Made by a program: the position numbers and the translations under genes. This document shows positions 42,101-49,420 of a stretch of DNA of 64,000 bases, piece after piece (the first letter of the stretch is position 1; every line of letters starts with the position of its first letter). This DNA comes from Marinicella sp. (GTDB taxonomy: Bacteria; Pseudomonadota; Gammaproteobacteria; Xanthomonadales; Marinicellaceae). The notes under the pieces are model-generated. The model worked only from the letters and a program-made list of their open reading frames with translations. It was not told the DNA's origin and searched no databases. Where the stretch lies: the NCBI GenBank assembly GCA_965230295.1, contig OZ246001.1, positions 2,656,001 to 2,720,000 of the forward strand, written 5' to 3'.

Positions 42101-43276
42101 ATACCTGGTTCAATCATTCACTTAGGCGGTGGTGCGATCACTTGTTTTGAACCAGAGGTGGTGGCTGATGCCTCAGGTAACTGGATCTGTACCTCACCCT
42201 CATTGGTGCCAGTCACCGGTGATGTGATCAGTGCAACGGCAACCCAGTTTGGTTTATCGGTTTCACCTGCGGTCACCACCACCGTGTATGATCCGGGTGT
42301 GACCTCTCCACCAGCACCTCAGGTCGATCCAACCGATGGCACTTTCGTCAGCGGCAGCACCATTGCTGATGGTCTGATCACCGTATATAACGAGCAGTCG
42401 ATCCAGCTGTGCAGCACAATCGCTGATGCCTCTGGCAACTTCAACTGTACACCGCTGAGTCCTTCACCAGTGGTCGATGATGTGCTCAGTGTGATTGTCA
42501 CCGATGGTGATGGCAACTCATCGTTACCCACCCGGGTCACAGTGCAGGATTTACAAGCTCCGGATGCCCCTGTCATCAATGACCCAACTTCAGGCTTAAC
42601 TGTTTCAGGTACTGGTGAACCAGGAGCCACTGTGGACGTGATCACCACCTCTGGTGCCAGCTGTTCAGACCTGGTTGATGGCAGTGGTAATTGGAGTTGT
42701 GATTTATCTCCAGAACCTGTTGATGGAGAAATCGTTACGGCCACTCAAACTGATTTGGCTGGAAATGAGTCAGAACCAGCAACGGCCACCGTTGGCTATC
42801 GACCTGACTTATCCATCTTCATAAGCAACTGTGTTTCGGGCTTGAAGGTCAATGATCCAGTCCTGTATGAGATGACCATCAGCAACAATGGGAACATTGA
42901 CATCTTTGGAGCGACCATCAATGCAACCATGGGAAGTAACATCAGTCCCCCAGACTGGTTGTGTATGGCACCAGGGGCGGCGACTTGTGACACCGTGAAT
43001 GGATCAGGTGATGTGATCAATGAAGTGGTTAACATCCCTGCCGGTGATCAATTGGTGTATGTGCTGGATACCACGGTGACTGGGGGCTTGTTCGACTTCA
43101 TTGATGTGCAAGGTTCTGTAGGCATGCCAGTAGGCACCACAGATGTGAATGTCTTCAACAATGTGGCAGAAGACAGTGACCTGATTGATCAATTTATCTT
43201 CAAGGGTCAGTTTGAATGTGTGGCCCCGGGCACTATAGGGTCTAGCACTGAATTGTTAGAATCTTTGTTGCATTGA
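33110..43276 (+). CDS. Giant secreted adhesin: two BspA/DUF285 repeat blocks, about 28 Ig-like domains, DUF11-like domain
   Basis: Signal peptide; WDVSSVTDMS.MF repeats; tandem Cys-paired Ig-like domains; PDLSI..YEMTISNNG..NNVAED. Confidence 0.92.
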   Translation: MKTSILFLILSVFMVSTAKAEFVFTFEARTGNLELDLSTHPAHNYNYTVDIDDGAQVFAGITGNFVYTFQGPGNHRIKVTEKYPNPYLVGSTAAQNGQVISIDQWGSQQWESMDRAFQGVDTVILATDVPDLSQVTNMSLMFASSNIGYLNLNGWDVSSVEDMSYLFADASFVDPQVGLWNVSSVTDMRGMFSQALSANPDVVGWDVSSVTHMGSMFWNADAAAPDVSGWNTSSVVWMRSMFQDANLANPDVSNWDTSSLEDASYLFKDATSADPDLSGWKIDRVTGVTDMLANTGLTTDNYDRLLINFANQNVMSGLDFSAGSTPYCYGEIARNFLENAHAWTVTDGDKDCSHINIAVPFVTTWEATASNPTIDLPNDPNFPGQYLFDVDIGNDGSFEYTGLVEDFSHTFPSPGFYTIGIKGFYPSPNFDGSTAATDGQLLSVDQWGDIRWLSMHRAFSGVDTQMLTTDAPDLSLVTDMSYMFDDSAIVNLDTSHWDVSFVTDMNGLFYRTTAINADVSEWDVSSVTDMSSLFAYTSNWNPNIRDWDVSSVLDMKFMFWEAADASPEVGDWDVSSVINMSYMFGNTPVANPQVSGWGTSSVTDMSGMFQGANAAHPDVSGWDVSSVTRMSYMFGGSSANPIVGGWNVSSVTDMTGLFYNATAADPNVSNWITSSLTDTSYMFANASNANPDVSNWDVSSVQNMRFMFWEAAAANPDLASWQIPEVINMTRMLENSGLTTSNYDAMLVNFDSQNVMSGVTFGAFPTTYCNADTEHASLTSADGWVITDGGFDCSPPDTTAPAPPVFDPVNENTNPITGLSEPGALITLDAVNCDNTPVITAANGLWSCVVPASDPLQPTTVISATATDDAGNESDPSSIIVGDTAANQSVSPTIDPVANGATEITGTAVPDSIIEFGYGIFTCANSTVVADAWGNWKCTSPSFDVTTGFVVIVTATQPGLSVSPAVTTTVYDPGVTSPPAPQVDPTDGTFVSGSTIADGLITVYNEQSIQLCSTIADASGNFNCTPLSPSPVVDDVLSVIVTDGDGNSSLPTRVTVQADIVAPAPPIINPVNVGTDPITGLSEPGTLIILGMATCDNDPVITAANGVWSCDVPASPPLMIGTVISATATDASGNVSDPSSTTVGALSGQSESPTFNPVANGATQVTGTAIPGSIIHLGGGAITCFEPEVVADASGNWICTSPSLVPVTGDVISATATQFGLSVSPAVTTTVYDPGVTSPPAPQVDPTDGTFVSGSTIADGLITVYNEQSIQLCSTIADASGNFNCTPLSPSPVVDDVLSVIVTDGDGNSSLPTRVTVQADIVAPAPPIINPVNVGTDPITGLSEPGTLIILGMATCDNDPVITAANGVWSCDVPASPPLMIGTVISATATDASGNVSDPSSTTVGALSGQSESPTFNPVANGATQVTGTAIPGSIIHLGGGAITCFEPEVVADASGNWICTSPSLVPVTGDVISATATQFGLSVSPAVTTTVYDPGVTSPPAPQVDPTDGTFVSGSTIADGLITVYNEQSIQLCSTIADASGNFNCTPLSPSPVVDDVLSVIVTDGDGNSSLPTRVTVQADIVAPAPPIINPVNVGTDPITGLSEPGALITLDAVNCDNTPVITAANGLWSCVVPASDPLQPTTVISATATDDAGNESDPSSIIVGDTAANQSVSPTIDPVANGATEITGTAVPDSIIEFGYGIFTCANSTVVADAWGNWKCTSPSFDVTTGFVVIVTATQPGLSVSPAVTTTVYDPGVTSPPAPQVDPTDGTFVSGSTIADGLITVYNEQSIQLCSTIADASGNFNCTPLSPSPVVDDVLSVIVTDGDGNSSLPTRVTVQADIVAPAPPIINPVNVGTDPITGLSEPGTLIILGMATCDNDPVITAANGVWSCDVPASPPLMIGTVISATATDASGNVSDPSSTTVGALSGQSESPTFNPVANGATQVTGTAIPGSIIHLGGGAITCFEPEVVADASGNWICTSPSLVPVTGDVISATATQFGLSVSPAVTTTVYDPGVTSPPAPQVDPTDGTFVSGSTIADGLITVYNEQSIQLCSTIADASGNFNCTPLSPSPVVDDVLSVIVTDGDGNSSLPTRVTVQADIVAPAPPIINPVNVGTDPITGLSEPGTLIILGMATCDNDPVITAANGVWSCDVPASPPLMIGTVISATATDASGNVSDPSSTTVGALSGQSESPTFNPVANGATQVTGTAIPGSIIHLGGGAITCFEPEVVADASGNWICTSPSLVPVTGDVISATATQFGLSVSPAVTTTVYDPGVTSPPAPQVDPTDGTFVSGSTIADGLITVYNEQSIQLCSTIADASGNFNCTPLSPSPVVDDVLSVIVTDGDGNSSLPTRVTVQADIVAPAPPIINPVNVGTDPITGLSEPGTLIILGMATCDNDPVITAANGVWSCDVPASPPLMIGTVISATATDASGNVSDPSSTTVGALSGQSESPTFNPVANGATQVTGTAIPGSIIHLGGGAITCFEPEVVADASGNWICTSPSLVPVTGDVISATATQFGLSVSPAVTTTVYDPGVTSPPAPQVDPTDGTFVSGSTIADGLITVYNEQSIQLCSTIADASGNFNCTPLSPSPVVDDVLSVIVTDGDGNSSLPTRVTVQADIVAPAPPIINPVNVGTDPITGLSEPGTLIILGMATCDNDPVITAANGVWSCDVPASPPLMIGTVISATATDASGNVSDPSSTTVGALSGQSESPTFNPVANGATQVTGTAIPGSIIHLGGGAITCFEPEVVADASGNWICTSPSLVPVTGDVISATATQFGLSVSPAVTTTVYDPGVTSPPAPQVDPTDGTFVSGSTIADGLITVYNEQSIQLCSTIADASGNFNCTPLSPSPVVDDVLSVIVTDGDGNSSLPTRVTVQADIVAPAPPIINPVNVGTDPITGLSEPGTLIILGMATCDNDPVITAANGVWSCDVPASPPLMIGTVISATATDASGNVSDPSSTTVGALSGQSESPTFNPVANGATQVTGTAIPGSIIHLGGGAITCFEPEVVADASGNWICTSPSLVPVTGDVISATATQFGLSVSPAVTTTVYDPGVTSPPAPQVDPTDGTFVSGSTIADGLITVYNEQSIQLCSTIADASGNFNCTPLSPSPVVDDVLSVIVTDGDGNSSLPTRVTVQDLQAPDAPVINDPTSGLTVSGTGEPGATVDVITTSGASCSDLVDGSGNWSCDLSPEPVDGEIVTATQTDLAGNESEPATATVGYRPDLSIFISNCVSGLKVNDPVLYEMTISNNGNIDIFGATINATMGSNISPPDWLCMAPGAATCDTVNGSGDVINEVVNIPAGDQLVYVLDTTVTGGLFDFIDVQGSVGMPVGTTDVNVFNNVAEDSDLIDQFIFKGQFECVAPGTIGSSTELLESLLH
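35506..42547 (+). repeat. Nine tandem 783/786-bp units (261/262 aa), order A-B-B-A-B-B-B-B-B
   Basis: Shared third domain recurs at 36052, 36835, 37618, 38404, 39187, 39970, 40753, 41536, 42319; units look nucleotide-identical. Confidence 0.97.
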
Positions 43277-43300
43277 CTGTTTTCAATCTTAAACAACAAG

Positions 43301-43329
43301 AAAGCCGGTTACTTAAATCGGCTTTTTTT
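43301..43329 (+). terminator. Rho-independent terminator of the adhesin gene
   Basis: AAAGCCGG-TTACTTAAA-TCGGCTTT followed by T tract, 25 bp after stop. Confidence 0.85.
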
Positions 43330-43364
43330 GGGTTAATTATCAATTAAGGGGTCAGTCAATAAAT

Positions 43365-43947
43365 CGATCATCCATTTGAAGGTTGGTGATACATAAAACG
43401 ATCGCTCAAACGGTTGCCCCAATCTTGCCAAAACTCTATTTGTATCGAGCATCACACGATAACCCTCCTAGGCATCAGGGGGATCTTCCCTTCTTTTAGC
43501 TTCTTTTTTGACTTGAAGCATCAAGGTTGTTATCACTGTTCGATTGGAGAGCACACGACTGATACCCTCGAAGCCTGGAAATTGAGTGTTTAAAAGACAC
43601 CGTTTTAGAATTTTTATAACCACACCACTGAATCTGGCTTGGTTTTTCAGGTTCAACAGTAGGAATAGCAAAGAAGCATTTGCATAGTGCTCAAATTCTA
43701 TTGCTTTGGCACTGATGTAACTGGTAAAAGATAAAACCTTGAGTGTCAAACAATTTCAAAAAAATGGTTCGCACTTGTGGTATACCATCTGATCTGACGA
43801 TGGCCAAGCTCATGGCATTGTATTTTTTGATTTTTACTTACCAGCTTGCTCTAACCAGGTAGTGTATTGATCAAATGGATTTTTAATCCGGGTTTCTCTG
43901 CTCAAATCTGTTTTGCGTTTTTCTCTCTTATTGCTTACTATATTCAC
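43365..43947 (-). pseudogene. pdxH: Degraded pyridoxamine 5'-phosphate oxidase
   Basis: Across frames: NPFDQYTTWLEQA, NAMSLAIVRSDGIPQVRTIFLKLFDTQGFIF, FTSYISAKA, ASLLF, GYRV, WQ..NRLSDRF.Y; stops and frameshifts; ends approximate. Confidence 0.85.
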
Positions 43948-43985
43948 GTTAGCATTGTTTTGTTTTTGCCAACAAATAAAATTGA

Positions 43986-45239
43986 TCATTGAAACGCGGT
44001 TCGAGTGTTGGTGGTGACAAAACGCAAGATGGTGACGGTCAGCATGATGACCAGGAAGGGAATACAGGTATACAGGATGCCAGTCCATTGGTAGTTGAAC
44101 AGCACCCAACCGGCCATCAAGGAAGACATGCCCTGGAAGGTGAAAATACTGAAGTCGTTGACGGCTTGAACTTTGTGTCGTTCATGACTTTCATAACTCA
44201 GTGGTAATAAAGTGGTACCGGAATAGAACAGGAAATTCCAGCCAATGCCCAATAAGATCAACGCCCACCAGTAATGCAACAGATCATGTCCGTGACTGGC
44301 AATGATGACCACCCCAATAAACATCAGCGTACCCACCAACAAAAAGTATTTGGTCTTGATGCGTGAGCCCAACCATATGGTCAAGAAAGAGGGCAGGTAC
44401 ATGGCAGCCACATGAGACTGGATCACCCACTTGGTGTGTTCTAATGAGTGGTTGTGTAATTGGTGCATGCTCAACGGCGTGGCAGTCATCACAAAACTCA
44501 TCAGCCCAAAGCCCAATGCGGCAGCCACAATGGCGACAATAAAAACAGGTTGTTTTGCGATTTCGCCCATAGAGCGACTGGTTTTGGTTTGAGTATCTTC
44601 CTTAAGAACAGGCACCTTAAGCTGGGACACAATGACAATGGCCACCAAAGCCAGGAGCAAAACACCCAGAAAAGTCCCTGCATAACCATGAGGTGATGCC
44701 AACCAGTTTTTACTGACAAAAGCCAATTCAGGCCCGATCAATGCGGCAAAAATACCAGTCAACATCAACAGTGAGATCGCTTTAGGAATGTCTTTGCTGT
44801 GTTCCAATGACTCGATGGCGGCAAATCTGAGTTGTTGTGCAAAGGCACCACTGAAGCCCAACACAAAAGCAGCCGCTATCAGCAACAAGAACAATTCGTT
44901 TTTAACTGCAATGATTCCCATGGCGCCGCCTACCATGCCCGAAGAGAAGCCCATCATGGTGGCTTTGCGCCGACCAAACTTTCTGGCTAAAAATGCTGCA
45001 GGAATCGCTGCCACGGCTGTGCCTGCAATCATGAAGCTCAAAGGCAGGGTTACCCAGGCAGGATCAGGGGCCATGGGTTCGGCAATGAAACCACCAATGA
45101 AAACCATCATGGGGGCTGCTGCTGTGATCAACGGTTGTGCCAAGAACAGCAAGCTGATGTTTTTATGTAAACCGGAAAACCGGAAAATCAAAAAAGCGAA
45201 AAGGAGTAGGGCAGCAAATATAAAGGTCAAATTGATCAT
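43986..45239 (-). CDS. MFS transporter
   Basis: About 12 TM, RKFGRR, QQLRFAA, MSFVMTATPL, LLGIGWNFL. Confidence 0.93.
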   Translation of the reverse strand: MINLTFIFAALLLFAFLIFRFSGLHKNISLLFLAQPLITAAAPMMVFIGGFIAEPMAPDPAWVTLPLSFMIAGTAVAAIPAAFLARKFGRRKATMMGFSSGMVGGAMGIIAVKNELFLLLIAAAFVLGFSGAFAQQLRFAAIESLEHSKDIPKAISLLMLTGIFAALIGPELAFVSKNWLASPHGYAGTFLGVLLLALVAIVIVSQLKVPVLKEDTQTKTSRSMGEIAKQPVFIVAIVAAALGFGLMSFVMTATPLSMHQLHNHSLEHTKWVIQSHVAAMYLPSFLTIWLGSRIKTKYFLLVGTLMFIGVVIIASHGHDLLHYWWALILLGIGWNFLFYSGTTLLPLSYESHERHKVQAVNDFSIFTFQGMSSLMAGWVLFNYQWTGILYTCIPFLVIMLTVTILRFVTTNTRTAFQ

Positions 45240-45347
45240 GGTAACGGCAGTCTAACAGTGGTGATGACATGAAGCCACCGATTTTTTTCAGTACATGCGT
45301 TAAAATACCGTATTGAAACTGCCACCTGCTTTGATGAGCTTAAAACG

Positions 45348-46196
45348 ATGAAACGCGATGATAAAGTACAACTAATCATATTGATAGAGGGCATCTACAA
45401 TGTGGTGGTGCTGATTCTTAAAGTGGTGGTCGGCCTGGCCACCCATTCACTGGCCATTTTGGCCGATGCGGTGCACTCTTTAACAGATGTCTTGAACAAT
45501 GTGGTCATTTGGTTGGTGATGCGGGTGGCCCAAAAACCAGCTGATGCTGACCACCCGTACGGTCACCGTAAGTTCGAAACCATGGCGGTTTTTGGTCTGG
45601 CGTCATTATTGGTCGTGCTGGCCGTGGAGTTGGTGTTACATGCCTTCAGGTCAGATACCCAGGAAATCATCAGTGAACCTTGGGGTTTAGGTCTGATGCT
45701 GGTGGTGTTGATTTTGAATTTATCGGTCTCTTTGTGGGAGCGCCATTGGGCCAAAAAGCTGGATTCTGATATTTTGCATGCCGATGCCCAACACACGTTT
45801 GTCGATGTGTTAACCACCCTTTTGGTGATAGTCAGTTGGCAATTATCGGTCATGGGTTTCGTCTGGCTGGATAAACTGTGTGCAATAGGTGTGGCTGGCT
45901 TGGTCTTGTATTTTGCCTTTGGTTTGTTTCAAAAAGTAGTACCCATATTGGTGGATGGATTCGCCATTGATCCTGATTTACTGGCCAAAGCAGCAGCCCA
46001 TGTCGAAGGTGTTAAAGAAGTGAGACAGGTGCGGTCGCGATGGATTGGTAACAGCAAGGCCGTTGATTTGATCATTGCTGTTGATGCCTCATTAGGTATC
46101 AAAGAATCTCATGACATTGCCCATGATGTTGAAGACATGCTGGTTGCAGAATTCAATGTGGTGGATGCATCGATCCATGTGGAGCCATTCGAATAA
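45348..46196 (+). CDS. Cation diffusion facilitator transporter (FieF-like)
   Basis: SLAILADAVHSLTD, PADADHPYGHRKFE, HADAQH..D, IHVEP. Confidence 0.95.
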   Translation: MKRDDKVQLIILIEGIYNVVVLILKVVVGLATHSLAILADAVHSLTDVLNNVVIWLVMRVAQKPADADHPYGHRKFETMAVFGLASLLVVLAVELVLHAFRSDTQEIISEPWGLGLMLVVLILNLSVSLWERHWAKKLDSDILHADAQHTFVDVLTTLLVIVSWQLSVMGFVWLDKLCAIGVAGLVLYFAFGLFQKVVPILVDGFAIDPDLLAKAAAHVEGVKEVRQVRSRWIGNSKAVDLIIAVDASLGIKESHDIAHDVEDMLVAEFNVVDASIHVEPFE

Positions 46197-46205
46197 GCAA
46201 GGCGG

Positions 46206-46721
46206 TTAAAGCAGTAAGGGCCACATCAATAAAAGTAGCATCAATAACAAACTGGTCACTGCCAAAGTCATGGCACGTAAAAAACGCCGACGCTTCAAAT
46301 CCCTCAAATAGGAAACTTTTAAGAACTCATAAGCAAGCTCTTGCTCAATGTCCATGCTGGCCAACTGATCAACATATTCGGTGACGTTCTCTGCTTCGTG
46401 CATATAAAACAAACCTTTGACCACTGTTTTGTTCTTCAGTACATGTGGAGCCACACGCCGGGTTGGGTAGAGCACAGAACCAAAACAAATGACGGGCATG
46501 ATGATCAAAACCCAACTGAATATGATGAGCAAGGGTTGCCATTGATGGTTGACATCATTCCAAGTGTTGAATTTGATCACCATGCCGATGGTGAATATAA
46601 AGCCGATGCCTACAATCTGTGCTTTGGTGTCATAGGTGCGGATGTTGTCTTGAGATTCTTTGAGTGCGGCATACAGAAACTGACTCTTTTGATCCAAAGA
46701 CAATTGGTTGGTGGTGACCAT
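46206..46721 (-). CDS. Pycsar effector-like (PycTM/DUF5706) membrane protein
   Basis: IRTYDTKAQ + TM + TM ending LYP + GLFY + amphipathic helix + K-rich segment + terminal TM. Confidence 0.65.
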   Translation of the reverse strand: MVTTNQLSLDQKSQFLYAALKESQDNIRTYDTKAQIVGIGFIFTIGMVIKFNTWNDVNHQWQPLLIIFSWVLIIMPVICFGSVLYPTRRVAPHVLKNKTVVKGLFYMHEAENVTEYVDQLASMDIEQELAYEFLKVSYLRDLKRRRFLRAMTLAVTSLLLMLLLLMWPLLL

Positions 46722-46861
46722 GTTTTTACATTGAATTAAAAACGCCGATTCTAATCAATCAACCATGACAACACCATGAATTCTTGATGGCATTGTTCTG
46801 ACTTTTAGTACTGACCTTATAACATGTAGTTTGCAGGTCGATTTGTTACCAGTTTGTGGTC

Positions 46862-47632
46862 TTATTTTTTCTTAAAGACCAAGATAAATCGATCGGTTTT
46901 GCCACGCATTTCAGGAGCAAATACCGATGTTTTTTTATCATCATCAGGGTTGGCTAGAACCGCAGATTCAGCCATCAACTCGAAGCCAATGTTCTCGATT
47001 TGTTCAACAGCGAAGCCTTTTTCAATCCGGTGTAACGATTGGCTGTCCATGGCCTGACGTCCCGGATTGGCTTGATGGTCAACAATCAGAAAACGGCCAT
47101 CAGGTTTGAGTCCAGTATGAATTTGTTGCATGAAATGCTGGTGATCAATCTGTGGCCAACCATTGGCTTGGTCATCATAAAATAAATCATGATAAGACAT
47201 GATGATCATGGCGGCATCCAAAGAGCCCGGCTGCATGCCCAAGTCATCGACTTCTCGGTCATGTTGAACCATTTGTGGTAACGTGTTGTTGGCCATTCGT
47301 TCAGTCAGTGCTTTGTTGACAAAATTAAGGTATGCCTGGTTGTTGTGCAAATAAACTTTGCCGTCTTCACCCACCACCCGAGCGATCAATTCGGAATAAT
47401 AACCACCGCCACCAAAGACATCAAAAACCACATCACCAGGACGGATATCGAGCATCTTGAGGGTCACATCAGGGCGGCTTCTGGCATCTCGGGTTCTGTC
47501 GTCATCAGAGCGTTCAGGCGCAGACAGTGCCATTTCCAGCGATTTTAAAGGACCTTCGGCTTTGGCTTCGGACTGACCGCCAGCGGCAGCTTGTAAGCTG
47601 ATGAGCAATAACAACAAGTATATGTTTCTCAT
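46862..47632 (-). CDS. Exported class I SAM-dependent methyltransferase-like protein
   Basis: Signal peptide, RDARSRP, GGGGYYSE, YHD, LKPDG, TDRFILVF. Confidence 0.88.
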   Translation of the reverse strand: MRNIYLLLLLISLQAAAGGQSEAKAEGPLKSLEMALSAPERSDDDRTRDARSRPDVTLKMLDIRPGDVVFDVFGGGGYYSELIARVVGEDGKVYLHNNQAYLNFVNKALTERMANNTLPQMVQHDREVDDLGMQPGSLDAAMIIMSYHDLFYDDQANGWPQIDHQHFMQQIHTGLKPDGRFLIVDHQANPGRQAMDSQSLHRIEKGFAVEQIENIGFELMAESAVLANPDDDKKTSVFAPEMRGKTDRFILVFKKK

Positions 47633-47837
47633 AATAAACCTCTTAATTCTGGGCTTTTTACTCAGTAGTGATTATATTCAGTAGTGATTATATCAAGACT
47701 TATTGCGCATGGATGTGCTGATGGTCATTCTTCGCAGGGTGTTAACTGACCCCAGTTAAAATCATTTCAAATTTAATCATTAATTAATGTGGATTGTGTC
47801 ATCATGATTGGGGGGATTCTTATCTAAGGTCATTAAA

Positions 47838-48773
47838 ATGAATAATAAACAAAACAACCTGTTAAAACGAATAAAGCCATACATCAAAAAGGTACTAAAC
47901 AAAATGCCTTACATCTCAGGTTTGAGTCGGCAAGTCAAAGAATTGGGGGCATTTCCTGCTGGTCACTACTATTCTCCCATACCGGCCAGAGCTGATGTAT
48001 CTGATGCCATTGAAAATAACCGGTCACACAGTTCATTGCACGGGATTCGAATACGCCATCAATCTCAACTTTCTTTGTTGAATGAATTGGCAGGGTTTTA
48101 CCCGAATATTCCTTACAATTTCCGTCCTGAGAGCGCAGATGAAAAGTACTACTATGATCAGGAATTTTTTGGGTACACCGATGCCATCATGTTGTTTTGT
48201 ATGATCCAAAAACATCGATTTAAAAACATCATAGAAGTGGGTTCAGGTTTTTCTTCTGCAGCGATTCTGGATGCCTATCATGCATCAGGGATCAGTGATT
48301 ATCGATTGACACTCATAGAGCCATTCCCGGAGAGGGTGAACGCATTGATCGGTTCGAAACCAAACCAACATGTGGAGTTGATTGAATCTGCTGTTCAGAA
48401 TTGTAATCTGGACAGGTTCAGATCTTTAGAGGCTGGTGACCTGTTATTTATTGATTCCAGCCATGTGGTGAAATTTCAAAGTGACCTCCATTATTTATTA
48501 TTCCAGGTTTTGCCCGTATTGAAATCTGGTGTGTTGGTGCATTTTCACGATGTGTTTTTTCCATTTGAGTACCCTGAAAGTTGGTTGTTGGATGGCAGGT
48601 ACTGGAATGAATGTTATTTCCTACAGGCATTTTTAACCAACAATGATCAATGGGAAATTGAATTGTTTAACAACTACTTGAACACCACTCAGGAAGATGT
48701 GCTTACTCAGCTCATGCCCTTGTGTCAAAATAATCATGGTGGTAGCATTTATATAAGAAAACAATATGAATGA
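47838..48773 (+). CDS. Class I SAM-dependent methyltransferase (Methyltransf_24-like)
   Basis: GHYYSPIP, IIEVGSGFSS, LFIDSSH, HFHDVF. Confidence 0.88.
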   Translation: MNNKQNNLLKRIKPYIKKVLNKMPYISGLSRQVKELGAFPAGHYYSPIPARADVSDAIENNRSHSSLHGIRIRHQSQLSLLNELAGFYPNIPYNFRPESADEKYYYDQEFFGYTDAIMLFCMIQKHRFKNIIEVGSGFSSAAILDAYHASGISDYRLTLIEPFPERVNALIGSKPNQHVELIESAVQNCNLDRFRSLEAGDLLFIDSSHVVKFQSDLHYLLFQVLPVLKSGVLVHFHDVFFPFEYPESWLLDGRYWNECYFLQAFLTNNDQWEIELFNNYLNTTQEDVLTQLMPLCQNNHGGSIYIRKQYE

Positions 48774-48805
48774 CAATTCATCAAGAAGGGGATTTGCTGA
48801 TAAAT

Positions 48806-49420
48806 ATGAACTGGTTGGCACACACTTTATTGTCTAAGCGAAACATAGATTACCAGCTGGGTAATGTGTTGGCCGATCCTTTAAAAGGCGTGCCTTGGGC
48901 GGGGTCCAGTCAGCCGCTTATTGAAGGCATGCAGATGCACAAAGCCATTGATAAATTCACAGATGGGCATATGCTTTTAAGAGCCAGCAAAAATAGATTA
49001 GGAAGAAAAGGGCTTCTCAAAGGGGTTGTTTTGGATTTGTTGTACGACCATTTCCTGTCAACTGAGTGGACAAATTACAGTGTGGTTTCACTGGACCAAT
49101 ACCTCTCGGATTTTAATGAAAACGCTTTAAATACCTTGAAAGATTTTCCAGATCGACCAAAAACAATTGTGGGCAGGATGGCTGAAACCAACTTGTTAGG
49201 TAAGTATCAGGATATGGATGGGTTCATTGCGGCTTTGGGACGCATCGATTTGCGCTTGTCGGCGCGTTTGCGATCAAGAGAAACAGCCAGTCAATTCCTG
49301 CCTGTGGTAGAACGGAACTACCAGGCATTGTTGCATGATTTCAACGAATTCTTTCCGCAACTGGTTGAACATTTCAAGCAGCATCGCTTGGGCAGTCAGG
49401 ATGATCATTATTTATTATGA
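48806..49420 (+). CDS. acpH: ACP phosphodiesterase
   Basis: MNWLAH, GNVLADPLKG, HKAIDKFTD, DLLYDHFL. Confidence 0.9.
   Translation: MNWLAHTLLSKRNIDYQLGNVLADPLKGVPWAGSSQPLIEGMQMHKAIDKFTDGHMLLRASKNRLGRKGLLKGVVLDLLYDHFLSTEWTNYSVVSLDQYLSDFNENALNTLKDFPDRPKTIVGRMAETNLLGKYQDMDGFIAALGRIDLRLSARLRSRETASQFLPVVERNYQALLHDFNEFFPQLVEHFKQHRLGSQDDHYLL

Noticed and set aside
35506-42547. Tandem array as CRISPR
   Set aside because: Units are 783 bp, in-frame coding, with no spacers and no cas genes
35410-42744. Repeated 160-aa minus-strand ORFs
   Set aside because: Antisense shadows of the adhesin tandem repeats; no independent coding evidence
25598-43356. AGAGTCAGAC (about 25599) and GGGGTCAGTC (about 43348) as paired recombination sites
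   Set aside because: Too short and degenerate to distinguish from chance
32523-44374. MFS repeat pair as a diversity-generating retroelement TR/VR
   Set aside because: Only about 3 differences, not adenine-specific, and no reverse transcriptase in the window
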